A stretch of 64,000 bases of DNA from an uncultured Flavobacteriaceae bacterium (GCA_963832255.1 CAWHTM010000008.1:9300-73299), one strand, 5' to 3'; positions 1 to 7,957 are shown, counted from the stretch's first letter. The notes: a model not told the origin generated them from the sequence alone. Numbers and translations: made by a program.

Positions 1-2065
1 TAAGCAATTCATTAAAACGAAGTTCCACGGGTTGGGTAAACACGAAATTTACGCCGGGAACTACTGAAATTTTTTCTTGGATTTTTTCTATGAGTTCTTC
101 CTTACTATCTGCAGAAGTCCATTTGCTCTTATCTTTTTCAAGAATAATGTAACTATCGGCAATGTCCATTGGCATTGGGTCTGTTGGTATTTCAGCAACA
201 CCAATCCTTGAAACTACCGTTTTTACTTCCGGAAATTCATTGATTAAATTTTGAAGTTTTTTTGAAGCCTCAATGGATTCGGTAAGACTGCTCCCCGGTT
301 TTATCAAAGCCTGAAACGCAATATCGCCCTCATCAAATTTAGGTATGAATTCGCCACCCATATTGCTGAAAATAAACCCTGCAATTAGTAATAGAGCAAC
401 TGCGCCAATCACGACACCAGCTCGAAAGCGCAGTGCGAAATTGAGCAAAGGAAGGTAAGCTCGATTTAGGCCCGCCATTATTTTATCACTGAACCTATCT
501 ATCTTGTTTTCAAATTTTGCAAACCAACTATTCTGATTTTTAGTAGGTTTAAGGAACATTGCAGAAATCATTGGGACGTAAGTAAGACAAAGGATAATTG
601 CTCCTAAAACGGCAAATCCAAAAGTAAATGCCATTGGACGGAACATTTTTCCTTCTACACCCGTCAAAAATAGAATTGGTGTAAATACAATAAGGATAAT
701 AAGTTGTCCGAAAAACGCCGAATTCATCATCGTACTGGCAGATTCATAAGCAATTTCGTCCATTTCAGCCTGCTCAATGACCTTTGTTGATTTTTTCATC
801 CGTTGATGAATGTGAAACACCATTCCTTCTACAATGATTACTGCACCATCTACGATGATTCCAAAGTCGATTGCACCCAATGACATTAAGTTTGCCCATA
901 CACCGAATTGTTTCATCAAAATAAATGCGAAGAGCAATGATAAAGGAATAACCGAAGCTGTAATTAATCCGCCACGGAAACTTCCCAAAAGCAAGACCAA
1001 AACAAAAATCACAATGAGGGAACCTTCTATGAGGTTTTTTTCAACGGTGCTTGTGGTTCTTCCTATCAATTCACTTCGGCTTAAAAATGTATCTATGTAA
1101 ACGCCTTCGGGTAGGGATTTTTGTATTTCTACAATGCGCTTCTCCACATTTTCGACTACGTTGCCTGGGCTTTCGCCTTTCAGCATTAAAATTTGTCCAC
1201 CAACAGTTTCGTGTCCATCTTGGGTAAACGCACCATAACGCACCTGATTACCAAAGCCTACTTTTTCGGCGACATCCCGGATTAAAACAGGACTTCCATT
1301 TTGAGTCGTCACAACTGTGTTTTCCAAATCCTCGATACTTCGTGCCAAACCTTCTCCACGAATGAAATTTGCTTGGTGGTTTTTTTCAATATAAGCACCA
1401 CCAGTATTGGCATTGTTTGCTTTAAGGGCTTCAAAGACCTGATTCATTGTAATACCGAAACTTTTCAGCTTATTAGGGTTTATGGCAACTTCATACTGCT
1501 TTACATAACCACCAAAAGCATTTACCTCGACGACTCCAGGTACTAATGCCATTTGACGTTTTACAATCCAATCCTGAATGGTACGAAGCTCCATAGCATC
1601 GTATTTATCTTCGTAGCCCTCTTTTAATTTTAAGGTGTATTGGTAGATTTCGCCAAGCCCTGTAGTTATTGGTGCCATAAATGGCGTGCCGAAGCCTTCG
1701 GGGATTTCTCCAGCAACTTCGGTTAATTTCTCTTGTACCAATTGCCGGGGAAGATAAGTGCCTGCCTCATCCTTAAAGACAATTGTAACTACGGACAGCC
1801 CAAAACGGGATACTGAACGCAGTTCGATAACGTCAGGAAGATTGGCCATTGCCAATTCTACGGGATAGGTAACAAATTGCTCAATATCTTCTGTCCCCAA
1901 ATTTGGGGCCACGGTTATTACCTGTACTTGATTGTTTGTTATGTCGGGTACAGAACCCAAGTTTATAGTGGCCATAGACCAAATGCCGGTACCAACCAAT
2001 GTCACTATAAATAAGCCAATAATAAATTTATTATTAATGGAAAATGAAATGATTTTGTTAATCAT
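1..2065 (-). CDS. czcA: CusA/CzcA family heavy-metal efflux RND transporter (5' part; runs off the window)
   Basis: Manual translation from ATG 2065: MINKIISFSINNKFIIGL...SVPDITNNQVQVITVAPNLGTEDIEQFVTYPVELAMANLP...RSVSRFGLSVV; also MSLGAIDFGIIVDGAVIIVE and GVEGKMFRPMA, typical HME-RND motifs. Absent from the ORF track because no stop codon lies in the window. Confidence 0.93.
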   Translation of the reverse strand, partial: MINKIISFSINNKFIIGLFIVTLVGTGIWSMATINLGSVPDITNNQVQVITVAPNLGTEDIEQFVTYPVELAMANLPDVIELRSVSRFGLSVVTIVFKDEAGTYLPRQLVQEKLTEVAGEIPEGFGTPFMAPITTGLGEIYQYTLKLKEGYEDKYDAMELRTIQDWIVKRQMALVPGVVEVNAFGGYVKQYEVAINPNKLKSFGITMNQVFEALKANNANTGGAYIEKNHQANFIRGEGLARSIEDLENTVVTTQNGSPVLIRDVAEKVGFGNQVRYGAFTQDGHETVGGQILMLKGESPGNVVENVEKRIVEIQKSLPEGVYIDTFLSRSELIGRTTSTVEKNLIEGSLIVIFVLVLLLGSFRGGLITASVIPLSLLFAFILMKQFGVWANLMSLGAIDFGIIVDGAVIIVEGMVFHIHQRMKKSTKVIEQAEMDEIAYESASTMMNSAFFGQLIILIVFTPILFLTGVEGKMFRPMAFTFGFAVLGAIILCLTYVPMISAMFLKPTKNQNSWFAKFENKIDRFSDKIMAGLNRAYLPLLNFALRFRAGVVIGAVALLLIAGFIFSNMGGEFIPKFDEGDIAFQALIKPGSSLTESIEASKKLQNLINEFPEVKTVVSRIGVAEIPTDPMPMDIADSYIILEKDKSKWTSADSKEELIEKIQEKISVVPGVNFVFTQPVELRFNELL

Positions 2066-2183
2066 AGAAAATGTATTAATTCAGTTTAAAACTTACGTTA
2101 CGAATAAATGCAACGCATTTATATAGCAATGCCTATCTTGAGAAGCATCACGTTAGGATATAGCTATCCTTAAAAAAACTGAA

Positions 2184-2576
2184 TTATACTTGAGGGGGTT
2201 GGAAAAGGGATTCCAGATATCTGGAATTGAAGTTGACTGTATATAAATTAAACTGCTCTTTATCTTCAAACTTAAATCGATTGATAAGAGGTGTTGCGGT
2301 GTTTGCTATAAAAACTACAGGATGACAACATTGATGATGAGAATGGACAGGTACGTTATCCTTATCTGAATTATTATGATGCCCTTCGCTTTTTGCATCG
2401 TTTGCGATGTAATCTTCTACTATATATTCAAAGAAAGAGTCGCCATAAACTTTATGGTCTTGATAATGGGAAATTAAGTTTGAAATTTCTTCAATTGGTC
2501 CACATAAGTCCATATCTACGCTGATTCCTTGAAAAAAGAGTAAAATAGACATTGATATAGAAAAGAATATTTTCAT
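2184..2576 (-). CDS. 130-aa His/Cys-rich leader protein upstream of czcA (hydrophobic N-terminus, C-terminal FQPP)
   Basis: ORF track; N-terminal hydrophobic segment, HSHHQCCH cluster, ends SLFQPPQV; TATCTTTG -7 element at 2586-2593. Confidence 0.75.
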   Translation of the reverse strand: MKIFFSISMSILLFFQGISVDMDLCGPIEEISNLISHYQDHKVYGDSFFEYIVEDYIANDAKSEGHHNNSDKDNVPVHSHHQCCHPVVFIANTATPLINRFKFEDKEQFNLYTVNFNSRYLESLFQPPQV

Positions 2577-2585
2577 AAAGTTTTA

Positions 2586-2620
2586 CAAAGATACAAATTA
2601 ATCGATGCACAGGTTGTGCA
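2586..2620 (-). promoter_or_regulatory. Bacteroidota -7 promoter element plus palindrome TGCAC-AGGTT-GTGCA (candidate operator)
   Basis: Minus-strand TATCTTTG at 2586-2593 matches TAnnTTTG; palindrome at 2606-2620. Confidence 0.5.
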
Positions 2621-2823
2621 AAGAAGAATGCCAACACTTTGATATGAATGTGTAATGAACTCAAACTTGAAAATGTAGTTGTAATAATTTAAATAAGATG
2701 ACGATATTGTGATACATTTCTATTTAGCTCATATCATAGTAGAAGTATCCTTAAATTAAATGAGGTTGATTGCTTGTAAGGCATTAAATCCAGTTTGAGG
2801 TACTGGACAAACCTTTATTTATT

Positions 2824-3660
2824 TTATGCCATAGCATAGACTTCATCAAACAGCTTTTTATCTAACCGCTCTTGTTGGCCAAAGCTTTTCTTTAAGACAT
2901 TATGAAGTACCGAGTTGAAGGCATTGTAACCCAACCATAGATTTGGTTCTTCATTGAGCAACAAGGCTTCATAGTTTAAAATTTCTATGACCTCACGAGA
3001 CTTTTTTGAAGGGTCGCTGTTCTTGTCGCTACACTCGTATCTGAACAATTTCGTTCTGTCGAGAATTGCCTTCACAAATTCTTGTGTATCGATGATTTTA
3101 AATTCTTTCATCTTGTCGAATTTCTTGGTAATGGTATAGAATTCATTATCCAAAAATTTATCGAATAGATTATTCAATCTCGGCATAATCAAGTGCGTAT
3201 TGTTCTTACTATGTTTGATGGAAAACTCGATTTCTGCCTGAGAAACGTGTAGTCCGTTTGAACATACTTCTCTATAAAACCCGAAGTGTCCAGAAGTTTT
3301 TTCACTTCCGTCATACGAGTTTTTGAACCGAAGCATCGGTAATATCAAGTCCTTATCGTTCTTCACGGTAAACTGGCTTTTGTCGTCGATAATAAAGTCA
3401 GTTATGAACGACCTATCATTTTTGTTGATGGTGCGTTTGTGGAAGTTCAGTTGTGCGTCGGTCAGCATTTCTTCAGCTTTCTTGAAGAACAGTTGATTCG
3501 GAATGTGGCCATAGCTGTTCGAGACCACATTTACGATTTTGCCATTCGAGATTATGGCATTTTCAAGCCCTCTTCGGGATTCCATCTGTGTTAGACTTTT
3601 TAAGGATTTCATTTCTGATGGAACAAAGATTTCATCCTGTTGTAAATTTTGTAAATACAT
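2824..3660 (-). CDS. DUF932 domain-containing protein
   Basis: Motifs NVVSNSYGHIPN, NSYDGS and REVCSNG. Likely start is MYLQNL at 3660; the ORF track extends it to 3771, overlapping the 53-aa ORF. Confidence 0.82.
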   Translation of the reverse strand: MYLQNLQQDEIFVPSEMKSLKSLTQMESRRGLENAIISNGKIVNVVSNSYGHIPNQLFFKKAEEMLTDAQLNFHKRTINKNDRSFITDFIIDDKSQFTVKNDKDLILPMLRFKNSYDGSEKTSGHFGFYREVCSNGLHVSQAEIEFSIKHSKNNTHLIMPRLNNLFDKFLDNEFYTITKKFDKMKEFKIIDTQEFVKAILDRTKLFRYECSDKNSDPSKKSREVIEILNYEALLLNEEPNLWLGYNAFNSVLHNVLKKSFGQQERLDKKLFDEVYAMA

Positions 3661-3676
3661 AGCTTTTGAATTTAGA

Positions 3677-3838
3677 TTAAACATTTTCTGATAATACTCG
3701 GCAATAGTTGGGATGCTTATCCCTGTAATAAGCCAAGTGACTTTCGCCACTATCAATGTCATAATTTTCACTACTCGACTGATAATGCATTTCAGCTTCC
3801 TGTAGCGAAATTTTAGGTTTTTTGGATACTCGTTTCAT
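3677..3838 (-). CDS. 53-aa hypothetical protein (MKRVSKKPKISLQEAEMHYQSSSENYDIDSGESHLAYYRDKHPNYCRVLSENV)
   Basis: Manual translation ATG 3838 to TAA 3677; sits at nearly the same distance from hairpin repeat copy 1 as the parB ATG does from copy 2. Confidence 0.6.
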   Translation of the reverse strand: MKRVSKKPKISLQEAEMHYQSSSENYDIDSGESHLAYYRDKHPNYCRVLSENV

Positions 3839-3847
3839 AATGATATA

Positions 3848-4001
3848 TTTTGATTAAACAATATTTGAGCAGTACCCAAACGGAAGCTAAAATCTCAGCT
3901 CAAAAGGAAACGGAATAAATAAGCGTAGGATGTCGCGTGGGCTTTATGCCGTAGTCTTTTGATGGGTGTATTTTACGAGTTTACCTTTGCGCTAACTATT
4001 G
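3848..4001. repeat. Hairpin repeat copy 1 (candidate ssDNA promoter)
   Basis: Near-identical to 5898-6050 (offset 2050 nt); long imperfect inverted repeat; TTTG-N20-TACCTTTG on the + strand at 3958-3989. Confidence 0.85.
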
Positions 4002-4046
4002 ATTGATAACCCCCTTTTTCTAAGCATCACTTTTATGAATCATCAT

Positions 4047-4086
4047 AAAAAAGAAGAAGGGCCAGCACGAATGCCAACCCTTCTTC
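4047..4086 (-). terminator. Intrinsic terminator downstream of parB
   Basis: Minus strand reads GAAGAAGGGTTGGCA-TTCG-TGCTGGCCCTTCTTC followed by a T-run. Confidence 0.75.
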
Positions 4087-4098
4087 AAACAACAAAAG

Positions 4099-5886
4099 CT
4101 AATCGTTGAATTCCTGAATTTTCTTTTCAAGAACCGTGATGCGCTCTTTCAAACGTGCTTCACGCTTGTCTCTCTTTTCGGCATATTCTTTTTCAATGCC
4201 GGCAATCTTGGATTTGTAATACCCTTGCATTGCATTGTAGAATGAAATGTTCGTCAGATTGTTGACGTGATTGTTTTCGCCAAAATGCACTTGCTTCGTG
4301 AGCATATACCGTATCAATTTGTGGAAGATTTCCTTTTTGAACTTCTTTTTGAAATTCTCGACCATTTCAACTTTGGTCATTTTTGAAGTGTCGCCCAAGA
4401 ACTTTGAAAAATACTTTTGTTGGCTCATATAGTCCACATTGTTCTCAAATAGCGATATCGAGAATGCGACCATTTCGTCGGTCGAAAGTGTCTTCTTCGT
4501 ATCGATGTACTTGGTCTCACGAATCATTTCTGCAACTTCTTCAAACTGCTTGTTGTTCTCTATTTGCTTCTTACGGATTTCCCTTTCGTTGATTTTTACG
4601 ATTTGTTCTACGGGTGTACAATCTGCCATTTTTCTGTTGGCCAATGGTGCCGAATATTCCGTAGAATCGTTCTTTGATTTTTCAACAATCTTTACAAAGA
4701 TTTCCTTGTGTTGGAATGAATCTGGATGGAACACGATGCCGTTTTTAAATCCATCTTCTTTTGCTGAATTGAATTTTTCCAAGGCTGCTTTATAACTCTG
4801 CAATGCCTCATCCAATTCTGTCTTTAATTCATCTTCAGAATAATCGTAATGCTGAAACTCTTTCTGAATAGCTTCGATTGTTGGCTCAATCGGATTCTCT
4901 ATAATTTCAACATCGTCCAATAGATAGACTTTCAATCCGTTTTTTTCCAATTGTGATATAATGAGCTGATTGTTCTCGTCATCTGCCCAATACTGTCGTA
5001 TTTCAGGGATTAAAAGGATATTCTCTTTCTTGGATTTTTCAATCAGGTTTAAGAACGATTTACTTTTCTTCGTTTCAAAACAGGCTGCTTTTGTACAGAC
5101 CATTTTACCTTCGCCGAACAAATTGCCTTGATTTGCAGCATTGAAAGGACATTCAATACAAGACCCAGCTTTTGGGACCAATTTTTTGTCGGCTACATCA
5201 AAAGATGCTTTTTCCAAATCGAAGGTCTGGTCTTTAATCATTCTGTTTAACTGATGCGCATTGAAATCCTCGCCCATTGTTTCCAACATCATTTGCTGTT
5301 CCTCTGGTTCAAATAGCGCTACACCAACACCCAATGATATGGTCATTTCGCCATTGCGTACAAATTGCTTGAAACCGTCAATCAATCCAGCCAGTTTAAG
5401 TCGTTGTCTGATGAAGTTATCTGTCCTACCCAATCGCTTTGCAATCTCTGTCGCCGAATACTTCTCGCTTAGGTAAGCAATAGCATCGGCTTCTTCGGTC
5501 GGTTCAACATTCTGTCTTTGCAGGTTTTCGATGATTTGCACTTCAAGCACATCATTGTTCTCATAAGTTCTAACTATACAGGGTACGGTTTTCTTTCCTG
5601 CCAGCTTGCTTGCACGATATCGGCGTTCGCCCATCACGATGACGTAATGGCCATTTAGTTGTCTTACCGTGATTGGTTGCAACACACCGTGCTTTTCGAT
5701 ACTCTCAGAAAGCTGCTTTAACGCATCCTCGTTAAAGGTCTTTCTCGGCTGTTCAAGGTCAGGTTTGATTTTACCCAATGGTAAGTTCTGAATTTGAAGT
5801 GCTTTGGATTTTTTTCCGTTTACTTCTTTCTTGGCAGCTACTTTTGTTCTGCTGCGCTTCTTTGTGGTACTCGCTTTTGTTGTCAT
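4099..5886 (-). CDS. ParB/RepB/Spo0J family protein with long C-terminal extension (mobile-element type)
   Basis: QPRKTF, GVLQPITVR, GERRYRA and IIENLQR motifs followed by an HTH; ATG at 5886 (ORF track starts at TTG 5895). Confidence 0.9.
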   Translation of the reverse strand: MTTKASTTKKRSRTKVAAKKEVNGKKSKALQIQNLPLGKIKPDLEQPRKTFNEDALKQLSESIEKHGVLQPITVRQLNGHYVIVMGERRYRASKLAGKKTVPCIVRTYENNDVLEVQIIENLQRQNVEPTEEADAIAYLSEKYSATEIAKRLGRTDNFIRQRLKLAGLIDGFKQFVRNGEMTISLGVGVALFEPEEQQMMLETMGEDFNAHQLNRMIKDQTFDLEKASFDVADKKLVPKAGSCIECPFNAANQGNLFGEGKMVCTKAACFETKKSKSFLNLIEKSKKENILLIPEIRQYWADDENNQLIISQLEKNGLKVYLLDDVEIIENPIEPTIEAIQKEFQHYDYSEDELKTELDEALQSYKAALEKFNSAKEDGFKNGIVFHPDSFQHKEIFVKIVEKSKNDSTEYSAPLANRKMADCTPVEQIVKINEREIRKKQIENNKQFEEVAEMIRETKYIDTKKTLSTDEMVAFSISLFENNVDYMSQQKYFSKFLGDTSKMTKVEMVENFKKKFKKEIFHKLIRYMLTKQVHFGENNHVNNLTNISFYNAMQGYYKSKIAGIEKEYAEKRDKREARLKERITVLEKKIQEFND

Positions 5887-5897
5887 AATACTCAAAT

Positions 5898-6050
5898 TTT
5901 TGATTAAACAATATTTGAGCAGAAACCAAACGGAAGATAAAATCTTGGCTCAAAAGGAAACGGAATAAATACGCATAGGAAGATGCGTTGGCTTTATGCC
6001 GTAGTCTTTTGATGGAAGTATTTTACGAGTTTACCTTGCGTGTATATTGT
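5898..6050. repeat. Hairpin repeat copy 2 (candidate ssDNA promoter)
   Basis: Nested pairings ACAATAT/ATATTGT, TAAAAT/ATTTTA, TCAAAAG/CTTTTGA, ACGG/CCGT, ATAAA/TTTAT and ACGCAT/ATGCGT, all centred near 5980. Confidence 0.85.
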
Positions 6051-6187
6051 ATGATAATAAACCCCTCTAACGAAGAACAGAGGTTGAGATAACCTAAAAT
6101 TTATTATTCCTCAATACAGAAAATAGTCTTTGGCATCAAATGAAAGGATATAATATTAAAGTCAATTCGGTTCTGAAAAAAGACAAA

Positions 6188-6208
6188 ATGTTGTACCTAT
6201 GTTGTACC
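6188..6208. repeat. Tandem direct repeat ATGTTGTACC x2 (candidate integrase arm-type sites)
   Basis: Two exact 10-mers with 11-bp period, ~190 bp inside the att junction. Confidence 0.55.
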
Positions 6209-6250
6209 CAAGGTCAAAAATCGTGAAGAAAATCCGCATTTTTAAAATGA

Positions 6251-6278
6251 AAAAGCCGAAGATTTCTCTTCGGCTTTT
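6251..6278 (-). terminator. Terminator hairpin downstream of tRNA-Leu
   Basis: AAAAGCCGAAGA-TTTC-TCTTCGGCTTTT. Confidence 0.8.
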
Positions 6279-6279
6279 G

Positions 6280-6361
6280 TGCGGATGACAGGAATCGAAC
6301 CTGCACACCTCGCGGCATCAGATCCTAAGTCTGACGTGTCTACCAGTTCCACCACATCCGC
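6280..6361 (-). tRNA. tRNA-Leu(TAG), intact, apparently element-encoded
   Basis: Reverse complement GCGGATGTGGTGGAACTGGTAGACACGTCAGACTTAGGATCTGATGCCGCGAGGTGTGCAGGTTCGATTCCTGTCATCCGCA: 7-bp acceptor stem, anticodon TAG, long variable arm, GGTTCGATTCC T-arm. Confidence 0.95.
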
Positions 6362-6395
6362 ATTTTAAATATTTTAACACTTTTTCTTAGGTTAA

Positions 6396-6435
6396 ATCCT
6401 AAGTCTGGCGTGTCTACCAATTCCACCACGCCCGC
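6396..6435 (-). pseudogene. 5' half of a second (host) tRNA-Leu(TAG), broken just after the anticodon loop; att junction
   Basis: Reverse complement GCGGGCGTGGTGGAATTGGTAGACACGCCAGACTTAGGAT then unrelated AT-rich sequence; 4 differences from the intact copy over 40 nt. Confidence 0.88.
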
Positions 6436-6477
6436 ATTTCAATAAACGTTACGTCGTAATTACTTTGTAACGGGGTG

Positions 6478-6506
6478 CAAATATAATACTTATTTCTAAT
6501 TGCAAA
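6478..6506 (-). promoter_or_regulatory. Host tRNA promoter (-33 TTTG / -7 TATATTTG)
   Basis: Minus-strand TTTG (6503-6506), 17-nt spacer, TATATTTG (6478-6485), upstream of the tRNA 5' half. Confidence 0.65.
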
Positions 6507-6565
6507 ATAATTTTTCAATAAAAAATGCCTTTTAGAATTTGTATTTTTGATTTAAATAAAAGTTG

Positions 6566-7957
6566 ATGATGAAAGATCCAAAAGAATACATTTCAGAACA
6601 TAAGGATAGGTTTATAAATGAACTTATCGAACTCCTTAAAATCCCAAGTATCAGTGCAGACTCTGCCTACTCCAAGCATACGCACAAAACGGCGTCTATG
6701 GTTGCAGAAAGTCTCCGTAAGGCTGGTTGTGATGCGGTAGAAATATGCGAGACACCGGGTTATCCCATTGTTTATGCAGATAAGATTATTGATAAAAATC
6801 TTCCTACCGTATTAGTCTACGGCCACTATGATGTACAACCACCAGATCCTGTAAATCTTTGGGACTCCCCACCGTTTGAGCCAGTAATTAAAAAAACTGA
6901 TAAACATCCAGATGGAGCTATTTATGCTCGCGGAGCTTGTGATGATAAGGGCCAGATGTATATGCACGTGAAGGCACTGGAGTATATGGTAGAAAATGGT
7001 AAACTACCTTGCAATGTTAAGTTTATGATAGAAGGAGAGGAAGAAGTGGGAAGCGCCAACCTAGCTTGGTATGTAGAACGTAATCAAAAGAAGCTGGCAA
7101 ACGATGTGATTTTAATATCCGATACAGGTATGATTGCAAATGATATCCCCTCTATCACAACAGGTTTGCGTGGACTAAGCTACGTAGAAGTAGAAGTAAC
7201 CGGGCCTAATCGCGATCTACATTCAGGACTTTATGGTGGTGCCGTAGCAAACCCTATTAATGTGCTTACAAAAATGATTGCTTCTCTACACGATGAGAAT
7301 AACCATATTACGATTAAAGGTTTCTATGATAAAGTAGAAGAGCTCACTAAAGCCGAAAGAGAGAAAATGGCAGAAGCGCCGTTTTCCCTAGAAAAATACA
7401 AGGAAGCCCTTGACATTGAAGCAGTATATGGCGAGGCAGGGTATAGTACCAACGAACGCAACTCCATTCGCCCTACGCTGGATGTAAATGGCATATGGGG
7501 TGGCTATACTGGCGAAGGTGCCAAGACGGTCATTGCGAGCAAAGCATACGCAAAAATATCTATGCGCTTAGTACCTAATCAAGATTGGAAAGAAATAACG
7601 GAACTATTCAGAACTCATTTTGAAGGCTTAGCCCCAAAAGGTGTAAAAGTAAAGGTTACCCCTCATCACGGAGGTCAAGGGTATGTAACACCTATAGACA
7701 ATACGGCTTACCAAGCCGCAGAAAAGGCTTATGAAAAAACATTTGGAAAAACACCAATACCCCAACGTAGCGGAGGAAGTATTCCTATAGTCTCACTTTT
7801 TGAAAAAGAATTAAAAAGTAAAACTATCCTAATGGGCTTTGGATTAGATAGCGATGCCATACACTCCCCTAATGAGCATTTTGGGATTTGGAATTACCTA
7901 AAAGGAATAGAAACGATTACTTACTTCTATGAGTACTTTACTGAAATGAATAAATAA
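6566..7957 (+). CDS. M20 family dipeptidase (ArgE/DapE-like)
   Basis: YGHYDVQP, RGACDDKG, EGEEEVGS, DLHSG and IHSPNE motifs. Confidence 0.92.
   Translation: MMKDPKEYISEHKDRFINELIELLKIPSISADSAYSKHTHKTASMVAESLRKAGCDAVEICETPGYPIVYADKIIDKNLPTVLVYGHYDVQPPDPVNLWDSPPFEPVIKKTDKHPDGAIYARGACDDKGQMYMHVKALEYMVENGKLPCNVKFMIEGEEEVGSANLAWYVERNQKKLANDVILISDTGMIANDIPSITTGLRGLSYVEVEVTGPNRDLHSGLYGGAVANPINVLTKMIASLHDENNHITIKGFYDKVEELTKAEREKMAEAPFSLEKYKEALDIEAVYGEAGYSTNERNSIRPTLDVNGIWGGYTGEGAKTVIASKAYAKISMRLVPNQDWKEITELFRTHFEGLAPKGVKVKVTPHHGGQGYVTPIDNTAYQAAEKAYEKTFGKTPIPQRSGGSIPIVSLFEKELKSKTILMGFGLDSDAIHSPNEHFGIWNYLKGIETITYFYEYFTEMNK

Larger units (their letters stand above)
1..6397. mobile_element. Right end of an integrative element (ICE/genomic island) inserted in tRNA-Leu(TAG); continues left beyond the window
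   Basis: Truncated tRNA 5' half at 6396-6435 with an inverted-repeat junction, tandem repeats at 6188-6208, ParB and DUF932 genes, metal-efflux cargo. No integrase or relaxase is visible in the window. Confidence 0.8.

Noticed and set aside
834-2126. Short + strand ORFs (834-1100, 1301-1546, 1932-2126)
   Set aside because: Antisense shadows of the czcA gene on the minus strand.
3661-3771. ORF-track N-terminal extension of DUF932
   Set aside because: Overlaps the better-positioned 53-aa ORF; the ATG at 3660 has an A-rich context.
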